NCBI GenBank assembly: GCA_963697385.1
Contig: CAVONU010000006.1
Coordinates: 279,934-343,933, forward strand
Length of the DNA stretch: 64,000 nt
DNA from: an uncultured Acidimicrobiales bacterium
Lineage (GTDB): Bacteria > Actinomycetota > Acidimicrobiia > Acidimicrobiales > CAWCAL01
Direction of reading: 5' to 3'
Part shown: positions 19,375 to 28,657 of the stretch, in pieces
Layout of the letters: the number at the start of each line of letters is the position of its first letter
Position numbering within the stretch: the first letter of the stretch is position 1
Made by a program: the position numbers and the translations under genes
Notes under the pieces: model-generated
What the model was told of the DNA's origin: nothing
The model's input: only the letters and a program-made list of their open reading frames with translations
The model's database searches: none

Positions 19375-20601
19375 GTGCGCCTCCACCACGACGCCGAGAC
19401 CGAGGCGTTCCGCGACGAGTTCCTGGCCTGGGTCGACGCCAACCTCCCGTCGCCCGACGCGAGGCGCGATCCCATCCTGTCCACCGCCCACCTTCCGCCG
19501 TGGGCCGCCGCCTGGCAGCGGAAGATGTTCGACGACGGCTGGCTCATGCCCGGCTGGCCACCCGAGTACGGAGGCCGCAACGCCACACCCCTGCAACAGC
19601 TCGTCTACCACGAGGCGATCGCCATGAAGAAGGTGCCCCGGGGGTACAACCCCCAGGGGCTGTCGATCGTCTCGCCGTCGATCATCGAGCGGGGAACACC
19701 GGACCAGATCCGGCGGTTCGCCCTTCCGTGTCTGCGGGGTGAGCTGACCTTCGGGCTCGGCATGAGCGAGCCGGATGCGGGGAGCGACCTGGCATCACTG
19801 CGGACCAGCGCGGTCCGCGACGGCGAGGACGTCGTCGTCAACGGTCAGAAGGTGTGGACCTCGGGCGCCCAACACGCCGACTGGTGTTTCACGTTCGTCC
19901 GCACCGACCCCCGAGCTCCGAAGCATCGCGGGATCTCGGTGCTGCTCATCGACATGGCCAGCCCCGGCATCACCGTCCGGCCGCTGGCCGAGCTCACCGA
20001 CCCCGATCACGTGGACTTCAACGAGGTGTTCTTCGACGATGTCCGAGTGCCCGGGGCCAACATCGTCGGCGACGAGAACGACGGCTGGTCGATCGCGACG
20101 TCGTCGTTGGCCCACGAGCGGGGCATGTTGTGGATCTCGTCGACCACCGGACTGGAGCGTGAACTCGAGCAGCTCGTCCGCGAGGCCCGAACACCGCTGA
20201 CCGACGGCACGGTGCTCGCCGACGATGCCGTCTTCCGCTCGCAGGTGGCCCGGGCGTACATGCACGTGCAGGCGATGAAGGCCATGGGGCACCTCGGGTT
20301 CGCTCGGTCGGCCAGGGGGCTGGATGCCCCCCAGCAGTCGCTGCTGAAGCTGTACGGAAGCGAAATCGCCCAACGGCTGGCCCGCGATGTCGTGGCGGCC
20401 ATGGGGGCGACCGGCCTGGATCTCGATCACGGCCCCACCACCGTCGACGGCTCGGCCGGCGCATCATGGGCCCACAGCACCGCGGGTGTCGCCTGGCCCG
20501 ACCGCTACCTGCGCTCGTTCGCGGGGACCATCGCCGGCGGCACGTCGGAGATCCAACGCACCATCGTGGCCGAGCGAGTGCTCGGTCTCCCCCGCGGCTG
20601 A
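19375..20601 (+). CDS. Acyl-CoA dehydrogenase (SEPxAGSD-containing subunit)
   Basis: GMSEPDAGSDLASL, NGQKVWTS, FNEVFFDDV, IAGGTSEIQR. Confidence 0.92.
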   Translation: MRLHHDAETEAFRDEFLAWVDANLPSPDARRDPILSTAHLPPWAAAWQRKMFDDGWLMPGWPPEYGGRNATPLQQLVYHEAIAMKKVPRGYNPQGLSIVSPSIIERGTPDQIRRFALPCLRGELTFGLGMSEPDAGSDLASLRTSAVRDGEDVVVNGQKVWTSGAQHADWCFTFVRTDPRAPKHRGISVLLIDMASPGITVRPLAELTDPDHVDFNEVFFDDVRVPGANIVGDENDGWSIATSSLAHERGMLWISSTTGLERELEQLVREARTPLTDGTVLADDAVFRSQVARAYMHVQAMKAMGHLGFARSARGLDAPQQSLLKLYGSEIAQRLARDVVAAMGATGLDLDHGPTTVDGSAGASWAHSTAGVAWPDRYLRSFAGTIAGGTSEIQRTIVAERVLGLPRG

Positions 20602-20630
20602 GCGCCGCTCCGTCCCACGAAAGGGCAACC

Positions 20631-21620
20631 ATGTCAACGTTCCGAGCCTTCGTCGCCGAGAGGATCGACGACGGGTACCAACGCGGTGTCCGCGAGATGA
20701 CCGACGACGACCTGCCCGACGACGGCGTGACGATCGACGTTGCGTACTCGACCATCAACTACAAGGACTCGCTCGCCACCACCGCCGATGGTCGCGTCGC
20801 CCGGATCTCCCCGCTCATCGCGGGGATCGACCTGGCGGGGGTCGTCGCCGAGAGCGACGACGAGACCGTTCCGGTCGGGAGCGAGGTCATCGCCCACGGA
20901 TACGACCTCGGGGTCTCGCGGCACGGTGGGCTCGCCGAACGGGCCAGGGTTCCGGTCGGGTGGTTGGTTCCCCTGCCCGACGGCCTGTCGCTGCGGGAGG
21001 CGATGGCGGTGGGGACCGCCGGCTACACGGCCGCCCTCAGCGTGCTCGCCCTGCTCGACCACGGGCTGGCGGTGGGCGACGGACCGGTCGTGGTCACGGG
21101 CGCGACCGGCGGCGTCGGCAGCACGTCGGTGCGCATGCTCTCGAACCTGGGACACGACGTGGTGGCGGTGACCGGGAAGGCCGCCGCGACCGACACCCTC
21201 CGCTCCCTGGGCGCTTCTTCGGTGGTCGACCGTGCCGAATTCGCCGCCGCCGGCAAGCCGCTGCAGGCGGCGACGTGGGCCGGCGCGGTGGACTGCGTCG
21301 GGGGCCATCCGTTGGCCAACGTCCTCGCCCAACTCGCCCCCGGCGCCGCTGCGGCGGCCAGCGGCAACACCGCCGGCATGGAGCTGCCCACCACGGTCCT
21401 TCCTTTCATCCTGCGCGGCGTCTCGCTGGCGGGTATCGACTCGGTGCAGACGCCCATCGAGCGCCGTCGGGAGGTCTGGGGCCGCATCGCCACCGATCTG
21501 CACCCCGGATCGGTGGGGGACGACGCCCACCTGATCGGCCTGGACGGGGTCGAGGAGGCCCTGACGCGGATCGGTCAGGGGGCGGTGACCGGCCGCTACG
21601 TCGTCGACGTCGCGCGTTAG
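20631..21620 (+). CDS. MDR family reductase, AcuI/YhdH (acryloyl-CoA reductase-like)
   Basis: YSTINYKD, GTAGYTAAL, TGATGGVGS, PFILRGVSLAGIDSV. Confidence 0.88.
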   Translation: MSTFRAFVAERIDDGYQRGVREMTDDDLPDDGVTIDVAYSTINYKDSLATTADGRVARISPLIAGIDLAGVVAESDDETVPVGSEVIAHGYDLGVSRHGGLAERARVPVGWLVPLPDGLSLREAMAVGTAGYTAALSVLALLDHGLAVGDGPVVVTGATGGVGSTSVRMLSNLGHDVVAVTGKAAATDTLRSLGASSVVDRAEFAAAGKPLQAATWAGAVDCVGGHPLANVLAQLAPGAAAAASGNTAGMELPTTVLPFILRGVSLAGIDSVQTPIERRREVWGRIATDLHPGSVGDDAHLIGLDGVEEALTRIGQGAVTGRYVVDVAR

Positions 21621-22468
21621 AGGCGCAGGACGCGGGCGGCGGAGGCGCCGAGGAAGGCTTCCATCGAGTCGTCGGACAGCGGGAGCGCCCTGGCCGCGTC
21701 GATAGCCTTGCCGACCGGCAGGACCGGGTGATCGGACGCGAACCACACCCGCCCCCGGCCCCGGGAACTGTCCATGAACCGTACGAGGTCGTCGTCCATG
21801 TACTTGGCGAGGTACGCCGAGGTCATGAGGTGGAGGTGCTCGAACTTGAGCATGTACTGCACGAGCAGCGCTTCGTAGGGGTGGCCCATGTGGGCACCGA
21901 TGACCGTGAGGTCGGGGAAGTCGATCAGGACGTCCTCGAGCAGCTGCGGATGCTGGCAGGCCGATCGCACCTTGGGGCCGGGGATACCGACGTTGATCGA
22001 CACGGGCAGACCGGCCTCCTCGCACGCGGCGTAGACCGGGTAATAGAGCCGGTCGTTCAGGTCGTACTGCTCGACCAGTGGTGTGACCCTGGCCAGGACG
22101 ATGTGCTCGTGCGCGGCGAGCTCCCGAATTCGGCGAGCGTTCTCGGTCGGTCGGCCGGCCCGCTCGACGGTGATCGACACGGCGAAGCGGCCGGGATGCG
22201 CTTCGGCCACGGCGACGAAGTCCTCCGGTGCGTACATCCCCTTGGCGTGGGCCCGCTCCGGGTCGCGCAGTCCGCTGGTCAGGATGCCGACGTCGACCCC
22301 GGCATCGTCCATGGCCTCGAGCAGCTGGTCCACGGTCCGACCTCGGCTGAAGTCCTCACCGAAGAGCATGCCGACGTCGGCGTTCTCCCGTTTCGCCGAC
22401 CACTCGGCGGCGAAACGCTCGGGAAAGATGTTGACCCACGCATCGACGATCGGCGCCCTGTCTTCCAT
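21617..22468 (-). CDS. Amidohydrolase_2 family protein
   Basis: YYPVYAACEEAGLPV, FPDLTVIGAHMGHP, FASDHP; -10 TACGCT 7 nt before ATG 22468 (22498 alternative). Confidence 0.85.
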   Translation of the reverse strand: MEDRAPIVDAWVNIFPERFAAEWSAKRENADVGMLFGEDFSRGRTVDQLLEAMDDAGVDVGILTSGLRDPERAHAKGMYAPEDFVAVAEAHPGRFAVSITVERAGRPTENARRIRELAAHEHIVLARVTPLVEQYDLNDRLYYPVYAACEEAGLPVSINVGIPGPKVRSACQHPQLLEDVLIDFPDLTVIGAHMGHPYEALLVQYMLKFEHLHLMTSAYLAKYMDDDLVRFMDSSRGRGRVWFASDHPVLPVGKAIDAARALPLSDDSMEAFLGASAARVLRL

Positions 22469-22494
22469 GGTGGGCAGCGTAACCAACGGCGGGG

Positions 22495-24123
22495 TCATGG
22501 TCCGTGGCCGGCACCGGTCACCCAGCTCCGCAGGGTGCGCTTCTTGATCTTCCCCGACGGCGTCCGGTCGAAGTCGGTGACGAGCCGGACCTCCTCGGGC
22601 CAGTGTTGCTTCGGGAGACCGGTCGCGGTCAGATGGGCTTCGACCATGGTGAGATCGATCGGCGGAGTGCCCGGTGCGGTCCGCAGCACGGCGCACGCCC
22701 GCTCCCCCAGGCGCTCGTCGGGCGCGGCCACCACCGCCACCTCGGCGACCCCCTCCATCGAGGCCACGTGCTCCTCGATCTTCGCCGCGGACAGGTTGAG
22801 CCCGCCCCGGATGATGAGGTCGGAGAGCCGGTCGGTGATCGTCAGGTAGCCCTGTTCGTCCAGCACGCCGACGTCCCCGGTGTGGTACCAGCCGTCGACG
22901 TCCAACGCGGCGGCGGTGAGCTCCGGATCGGTGTAGCTCACGAAGAGATCGGGTCCACGGCTGAGGATCTCACCGGGCGTGTCGTGGCCGAGGTCGTGCT
23001 CGTCCTCGTCGACCACGCGAAGTTCCACGCCGGGGAGGGCTCGACCGTCGGTGCGGGTCCGTTTGTCGGCCGGGTCGTCCAGCGGCGAGGCGGTGATCGA
23101 CGGGTGCTCGGTGGATCCGTAGGCGCGCGTGACCTTGATCCCCATGGCCTCGGCCCGTTCGGCCACAGCCACCGGCACGGGCGCGCCGCCGAGTCCGAAT
23201 CGGCTGATCCGGGCCAGGTGGTGCGCTCCGAAGTCGGGGTGGTCGAGCAGGCTGGTGAGGAAGATCGTGGCCCCACCCCCGGGCGCGAGGTCCTCGGCCT
23301 CGATGATCGCCAGGACCGCTCCCGGGTCCCACCGGTCGATCAGCTCGATCGGGTTGCCCAGGTGCATGGGCACCAGGCTGCCGCCCAGCATGCCGGTCAT
23401 GTGGGCAAGGGGTGACGCCATCACCGACGCCCTCCCTCCCGCGACGTTCAGGGACGCCAACTGGCGGACCTCGGCAAGGAGCGTACGGTGCGAGTGCACC
23501 ACGCCCTTCGGGTCGGCCGTCGTCCCCGAGGTGTACCCGATCATCGCCGGTTCGTCCGGGTCCACCCTGACCGCCTCGTCCAGGGGTGCGTGATCGGCCA
23601 GGTCGCTCAGCGGCACCGCGCCGGGGATCACGCCGGCCCGAGCGGCGGCGTCGGCCACGACGATCGTGTCGACGCCGTCGATCTCGTCGCGGATCGCCGC
23701 CAGATTCGCGAGGTGGTCGATCGAACCGAAACTCCCGACGGTGACCAGGGCCTTCGCTCGGGACTGGCGAAGGATGAACGACACCTCTCGCGGGCCGTAG
23801 AAGTGGATGATCGGGACCATGGTGGCGCCGAGGAGGAAGCCGGCCCACAGCACCTGGAGCGTCTCGGCCCAGCTGGGCATCTGGTAGGCGACGACCTCGC
23901 CGGCGCCGACCCCTCGGGAGCGCAGGCCGGCCGCGGTCCGTTGCGCCCGGCGGTAGATCTGGCCCAGGGTCGTGGTCGCCGGGGCGGCGTCGGACCAGAT
24001 GCGGACCCGGAGGTCGGGTTCGGTGGTGACCCGGCGGTCGATGAACGTGGCGAAGGTGTCGTCGTCCCAGAGGCCCTCGGCGAGGTAACGGGTGCGGAGC
24101 TCGGGAGGAGGCACCTCCCGCAC
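22495..24123 (-). CDS. Acyl-CoA ligase (cyclohexanecarboxylate-CoA ligase-like)
   Basis: YLAEGLW N-terminus, YTSGTTADPKG, YGSTE, WYHTGD, RTPSGKIKK. Confidence 0.9.
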   Translation of the reverse strand: MREVPPPELRTRYLAEGLWDDDTFATFIDRRVTTEPDLRVRIWSDAAPATTTLGQIYRRAQRTAAGLRSRGVGAGEVVAYQMPSWAETLQVLWAGFLLGATMVPIIHFYGPREVSFILRQSRAKALVTVGSFGSIDHLANLAAIRDEIDGVDTIVVADAAARAGVIPGAVPLSDLADHAPLDEAVRVDPDEPAMIGYTSGTTADPKGVVHSHRTLLAEVRQLASLNVAGGRASVMASPLAHMTGMLGGSLVPMHLGNPIELIDRWDPGAVLAIIEAEDLAPGGGATIFLTSLLDHPDFGAHHLARISRFGLGGAPVPVAVAERAEAMGIKVTRAYGSTEHPSITASPLDDPADKRTRTDGRALPGVELRVVDEDEHDLGHDTPGEILSRGPDLFVSYTDPELTAAALDVDGWYHTGDVGVLDEQGYLTITDRLSDLIIRGGLNLSAAKIEEHVASMEGVAEVAVVAAPDERLGERACAVLRTAPGTPPIDLTMVEAHLTATGLPKQHWPEEVRLVTDFDRTPSGKIKKRTLRSWVTGAGHGP

Positions 24124-24128
24124 GTTAG

Positions 24129-24142
24129 TGACACGACTGTCA
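24129..24142. promoter_or_regulatory. Putative operator TGAC-ACGACT-GTCA
   Basis: Perfect motif in a 40-nt divergent gap. Confidence 0.75.
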
Positions 24143-24163
24143 GAGGCGAACTACCATCGCGCC

Positions 24164-25366
24164 ATGGCTGCCCTCGGCTTCCGGGCGTTCGACGCCGACA
24201 ACCACTACTACGAGGCCGAGGACGCGTTCACCCGCCACATCGATCCGCGGATGGCCAAGCGCTGCATGCAGTGGGGCGAGGTCGACGGGAAGCGGCGCTT
24301 CCTGGTCGGAGGCCGGATCAACAAGTTCATCCCCAATCCGACCTTCGATCCCATCGCCCATCCCGGCAGCCTCGAGGACTACTTCCGGGGCCGCAACACC
24401 GAGGGGATCGACCTCAAGACGATGTTCGGCGAGCTCGACCCGCTCGACCAACATGCCGAATACCGCGACCGCGACGCCCGCGTGAAGCTGTTGGACGAGC
24501 AGGACCTCGACGGCGCGGTGCTCTTTCCCACCCTGGGCGTCGGGATGCAGGAGGCCCTCAAACGCGATGTGCCCGCCCTGCACGCCGCGTTCGAAGCCTT
24601 CAACCGTTGGCTCGACGACGACTGGGGCTTCGACCGCGGCGACGGCCGGCTGTACGCAGCGCCCATGCTGACCCTGGCCGACCCCGCCCTGGCCGCCGCC
24701 GAGCTCGGCCGGGTCCTCGCCGCCGGTGCCCGCATCGTGGTGATCATCCCCGGGCCGGTGCCGACCGGCGACGGCTACGTGTCACCCGGCCATCCCGACC
24801 TCGACCCGTTCTGGGCCCTCCTGAACGATGCGGGTATCCCGCTGGCGGTCCATGCCGGACTCAGCGGTGTGTCGCAGTACGGCAAGTTCTGGGGCACCGG
24901 CGAGCGCGCCGGCCAGTTCGAGGGGTTCAAGCACTCGACCTTCCCCCTGGTCGCCTTCCAGGACCGGGGGATCTCCGACACCTTTGCCGCCCTGATCTGT
25001 CACGGGGTGTTCGAGCGCTTTCCCAACCTCAGGGTGGCGTCCATCGAGAACGGAGCGATGTGGGTGCCCGACCTGCTGCGCAACCTGGGCGACGCCTACG
25101 GAAAGATGCCCATGGTGTTCGACCGTCATCCGGTCGAGCAGTTCAAGGAGCAGGCCTGGGTGGCGCCCTACTACGAGGACGACATGGAGCTGCTGAAGCA
25201 GCACCTGGGCGTCGAGCACCTGCTGTTCGGTTCCGACTTCCCCCACGCCGAGGGCCTGCCCGAGCCGACCGATTTCGTGAAGGACATCCCCACCTTCACC
25301 GACGACGAGGTCCGGGCCGTCATGCGCGACAACGTGCTCGACCTGCTCACTCCCACGCCCACCTGA
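24164..25366 (+). CDS. Amidohydrolase_2 family protein
   Basis: FDADNHYYE, AFNRWL, ERFPNLRVASIENG, FGSDFPHAEG. Confidence 0.9.
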   Translation: MAALGFRAFDADNHYYEAEDAFTRHIDPRMAKRCMQWGEVDGKRRFLVGGRINKFIPNPTFDPIAHPGSLEDYFRGRNTEGIDLKTMFGELDPLDQHAEYRDRDARVKLLDEQDLDGAVLFPTLGVGMQEALKRDVPALHAAFEAFNRWLDDDWGFDRGDGRLYAAPMLTLADPALAAAELGRVLAAGARIVVIIPGPVPTGDGYVSPGHPDLDPFWALLNDAGIPLAVHAGLSGVSQYGKFWGTGERAGQFEGFKHSTFPLVAFQDRGISDTFAALICHGVFERFPNLRVASIENGAMWVPDLLRNLGDAYGKMPMVFDRHPVEQFKEQAWVAPYYEDDMELLKQHLGVEHLLFGSDFPHAEGLPEPTDFVKDIPTFTDDEVRAVMRDNVLDLLTPTPT

Positions 25367-25369
25367 GCG

Positions 25370-25400
25370 GGACCCGCTGCGCTTCGCGCGGGGCGGGTCC
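25370..25400. terminator. GC-rich hairpin between convergent genes
   Basis: GGACCCGC/GCGGGTCC arms enclosing GCGC-TTC-GCGC, right after the stop codon. Confidence 0.55.
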
Positions 25401-25403
25401 GTG

Positions 25404-25451
25404 GGAGTTCAGCCAACTCGGGCTTCGCATCCTCCCGCTCCGCTGAACTCC
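25404..25451. repeat. Inverted-repeat element GGAGTTCAGC-N28-GCTGAACTCC, copy 1
   Basis: Perfect 10-bp arms; same arms and spacer length as 32372-32419. Confidence 0.75.
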
Positions 25452-25457
25452 TCTCGG

Positions 25458-26105
25458 TCAGATCCCGCGCATCATCCGGTAAACGGCGCCGAAGTTCTCG
25501 TTGTTCTCGGGTGGGACGACGCCGAGCTCGCCCAGCTGTCGTGCGCCCCACACGATCTGGGCGGTGCGCTCCACGAGGGCCGCGATCTTCAGCGCGTCGT
25601 CGACGTCCCTGCCGACGCTGACGAGGCCGTGGTTGGCCAGCAGGGTGGCGCCCCGGTCGGCCAGCTTGGCGGCCACCTCGTCGCCGAGCTCGTCGGTACC
25701 CGTCATGGTGTACTCGCACACCGGGATCCCGCCGCCGACGTAGACGGCCAACTCCTCGATCGCCGCAGGGATCGGCTGGCGGGCGACGGCGAACATGGTG
25801 GCGAAGACCGCGTGGGAGTGGATCACCCCGCCCACCTCGGGATAGCTGCGGTAGCAGGCGAGGTGGAGCGCCTTCTCGCTGGTGGGTCCCCGCTCCCCCT
25901 CGAGCACGTTGCCGTCCAGGTCGACGATGACGAGATCGTCGAGCACCATCTCGTCGTAGAGGACCGACGACGGGGTCATGCAGACCCGGTCCCCGTCGAC
26001 CCGGGCCGAGACGTTGCCCGAGCTGGCCTCGACCAGACCCCTGCGGTTCAGCTCGTGCGCCGCGTCGAGGACGGCGCGGCGAGTCGCGGCGGCGATGTCG
26101 TTCAC
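25458..26105 (-). CDS. Class II aldolase/adducin family (fuculose-1-phosphate aldolase-like)
   Basis: SGNVSAR, TSEKALH, IHSH and LANHG zinc ligands. Confidence 0.9.
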   Translation of the reverse strand: MNDIAAATRRAVLDAAHELNRRGLVEASSGNVSARVDGDRVCMTPSSVLYDEMVLDDLVIVDLDGNVLEGERGPTSEKALHLACYRSYPEVGGVIHSHAVFATMFAVARQPIPAAIEELAVYVGGGIPVCEYTMTGTDELGDEVAAKLADRGATLLANHGLVSVGRDVDDALKIAALVERTAQIVWGARQLGELGVVPPENNENFGAVYRMMRGI

Positions 26106-26118
26106 GGTCGTACCGTCC

Positions 26119-27096
26119 TCATGGAAGGACCTCGGGGTTGACGATGTGAAGGGGTCGCTCGCCCGCCAGCAGCCGGACGAGATCGGTGCTGAGCAGCTCG
26201 GTGTGGTTGGTCTCGGTGTCGTAGGTGGCCCCGCCGATGTGTGGGCTCACCACGACGTTGTCCATCGAAGCGATCGGGTGGGCGGGGTCGAGGAACTCGC
26301 CGTCGAAGTGGTCCAGGCCGGCGGCGCCGAGCTTGCCGCTGGCCAGGGCATCGCCGAGGGCGTCGAGATCGTGGAGTCCGGCCCGTGCCGTGTTGAGGTA
26401 GACCGCTCCGTCCCGCATCCTGGCGATGGCGGTGGCGTCGATCATCCCGATCGTGTCGGGGGTGACCGCGGCGTGCATCGAGATCACGTCGGCCTCGGTC
26501 AGGAGGTCGTCGAGGCGGTGGGTGGCGTCGGCGGCGAACGGGTCGGCGGTGATGACGTTCATCCCCAGGCCGGCGAAGCGCCAGGCGGCGGCTCGACCCA
26601 CGGCGCCCAGGCCGATGATCCCGACGGTTCGCCCGGCCACCTGCCAGGCCCGGAAGCGCTGGTAGGGGATGGTGCCGTCGCGGTAGATCTCACCCTCTCG
26701 TACGTCGCGGTCGGCGGCGAGGAGGTGACGAGTCACGGCGAGCAGCAGGCCGACGGCCAGCTCGGCCACGCCGTCGGCGTTGCGGCCCGGCGCGCGCAGC
26801 ACCGGGATGCCCGCGGCGGTCGCCCCGGCGACATCGACGTTGGTGGGGTCACCTCGCGCCGACCCGATGGCGACGAGGGGGAGATCGAGCACCGGCCCCT
26901 TCACCTCGTCGGCTTCGCAGACGACGATGGTCGCCCGCTCGGCCTCGATGCGCCCGGCGAGATCGTCGGCGCCGTAGATGCGCAGAGGCGAGTGGTCGAT
27001 CCAGGGGTCGAGGACGAGGTCGGCCACGGCGGAGAGCCGTTCCACCCCGGGCCCGCGAAAGGGTGCCGTGACGAGTGCGGTCGGTCGCGACGTCAT
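26119..27096 (-). CDS. D-isomer-specific 2-hydroxyacid dehydrogenase (SerA2-like)
   Basis: GIIGLGAVG, LNTARAG, SPHIGGAT. Confidence 0.9.
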   Translation of the reverse strand: MTSRPTALVTAPFRGPGVERLSAVADLVLDPWIDHSPLRIYGADDLAGRIEAERATIVVCEADEVKGPVLDLPLVAIGSARGDPTNVDVAGATAAGIPVLRAPGRNADGVAELAVGLLLAVTRHLLAADRDVREGEIYRDGTIPYQRFRAWQVAGRTVGIIGLGAVGRAAAWRFAGLGMNVITADPFAADATHRLDDLLTEADVISMHAAVTPDTIGMIDATAIARMRDGAVYLNTARAGLHDLDALGDALASGKLGAAGLDHFDGEFLDPAHPIASMDNVVVSPHIGGATYDTETNHTELLSTDLVRLLAGERPLHIVNPEVLP

Positions 27097-27102
27097 GGCC
27101 CG

Positions 27103-27552
27103 CTAGTCCCGGCGCGCCGGGTCGACGCCGTCGGCCCACTCGAACAGCTGGACCTCGACCATCATCGGCAGCAGGTACCGAACGTAGAAGTTGTGGAGCG
27201 TCAGGAAGTCGCCGAACTCCTCGACCTCGGGGTCGATGAGGTCGACGCGCTCGTCGGTCGCGGCGAAGGCTGCGGCCCGCTCGAAGAAGGAGTCGAACTC
27301 CTCCCGGGTGTCGACCGCCATGCCGAAGTGATCCAGTCGAGCACACCGCATCGGGTCGTTCTCGGCGATGAGGAAGACGAACTGGTCGTAGGAGTAGGCC
27401 TGCATGATCAAGCGGCGGCCCGGCTCGGTCATCGTCGGCATCTCCTTCCATCCGAACACCTCCTCGTGGAAGCGCAGGATCTCGGCCCGGCCGGTGTCGT
27501 CGAGCAGGCTGGCGGGCACACTCATCGCCACGTGGTTGAAGCGAGGACTCAT
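27103..27552 (-). CDS. VOC-fold protein of unknown function
   Basis: FNHVAMSV, DHFGMAV and terminal VEVQ pattern; ATGA overlap with the upstream gene. Confidence 0.7.
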   Translation of the reverse strand: MSPRFNHVAMSVPASLLDDTGRAEILRFHEEVFGWKEMPTMTEPGRRLIMQAYSYDQFVFLIAENDPMRCARLDHFGMAVDTREEFDSFFERAAAFAATDERVDLIDPEVEEFGDFLTLHNFYVRYLLPMMVEVQLFEWADGVDPARRD

Positions 27553-28613
27553 CGGGACTCCCGTCGGTCGTCGCCGGACAGCCCGGGAGCGACCAGCACC
27601 TTGCCGGCGATGTGTCCCTCGGCGAGGTCCTCCATCGCCGTGAGCAGACCGGTGAGCGGTACGTCGTCGGGGGCGAGCAGCGTCGCGACGTCGAGCTCGC
27701 CCGAAGCGAGGATGTCCAGTGCCTCGTCGAATCCGCCCGCGTCGTACTCGTAGGCGCCGGTGACGACGAGTTCGTTGAGGAGGATTCGATTCGGGTCGAA
27801 GGCCGGCGGCTGCATCCCGGTGCCCACCAGGACCAGCGTGCCGCCCCGGCGCAGCTGGCAGAGGGCGGCCTCCATGGCCATGTGCTTCCCGGAGCACTCG
27901 ATGGCCGCGTCGAACGGGTCGGCGACGACGCGATGTGGCTCGGCGACGGTGACGGTCTCGAGCGCGTCCGGTTCGATCACCCGGGCCCCCAGTGCTCCGG
28001 CGAGGTCGCGGCGCGTCCGGCGGGGTTCGCTGACGACGACGTCGGTGATTCCCCGGGCTCGGAGTGCGACGACGGTCAGCGCCCCGATCGGACCCGCGCC
28101 GATCACCAGGACCCGGTCGCCGGGCCGTGCACCCGAGCGCGTCACCGCGTGCAGCGAGACCGCGAGCGGCTCGGCCAGAACGGCGACCCGCAGGTCCAGA
28201 CCACCGGGGAGCTCGACCACCGTGCGGCGGGCGACCCGGACGAAGCGAGCGAATGCGCCGTCGTTGCCCTCGGTGCCGGCCGCGCCGCGGTCCACGCACA
28301 GTGACGGTCGACCGGCGCGGCAGGCGGCGCACGTTCCGCAGACGACCGCCGGTCCGCCCACCACCGCAGCGCCGACCGCGAGGTCGTCGACCTCCGGTCC
28401 GACGGCGACGATCCGGCCCGACCACTCGTGTCCGCCCACCGTTCCGGGTCGGCCCCACCCCTCGATCACCATGTGGAGGTCGGTGCCGCACACCCCGCAG
28501 TAGCTGACCTCGACGACGACATCGCCCGGACCGGGATCCGGCGCCGGGCGGCTCTCGACCCGGAGGTCGCGTGCGCCGTGGAGCACGGCCGCCTGCATCA
28601 TCCCCCCGGGCAT
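27549..28613 (-). CDS. Zinc-dependent alcohol/polyol dehydrogenase (MDR)
   Basis: CGTDLH, GHE, CGTCAAC...C structural Zn site, GAGPIG; -10 TAGCTT 6 nt before ATG 28613. Confidence 0.92.
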   Translation of the reverse strand: MPGGMMQAAVLHGARDLRVESRPAPDPGPGDVVVEVSYCGVCGTDLHMVIEGWGRPGTVGGHEWSGRIVAVGPEVDDLAVGAAVVGGPAVVCGTCAACRAGRPSLCVDRGAAGTEGNDGAFARFVRVARRTVVELPGGLDLRVAVLAEPLAVSLHAVTRSGARPGDRVLVIGAGPIGALTVVALRARGITDVVVSEPRRTRRDLAGALGARVIEPDALETVTVAEPHRVVADPFDAAIECSGKHMAMEAALCQLRRGGTLVLVGTGMQPPAFDPNRILLNELVVTGAYEYDAGGFDEALDILASGELDVATLLAPDDVPLTGLLTAMEDLAEGHIAGKVLVAPGLSGDDRRESR

Positions 28614-28633
28614 GGACCGAAGCTACCGGTTCC

Positions 28634-28647
28634 TGACACCCGTGTCA
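28634..28647. promoter_or_regulatory. Putative operator TGAC-ACCCGT-GTCA
   Basis: Perfect motif between two divergent -10 boxes; overlaps CATACT. Confidence 0.75.
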
Positions 28648-28657
28648 TACTGCTCCG

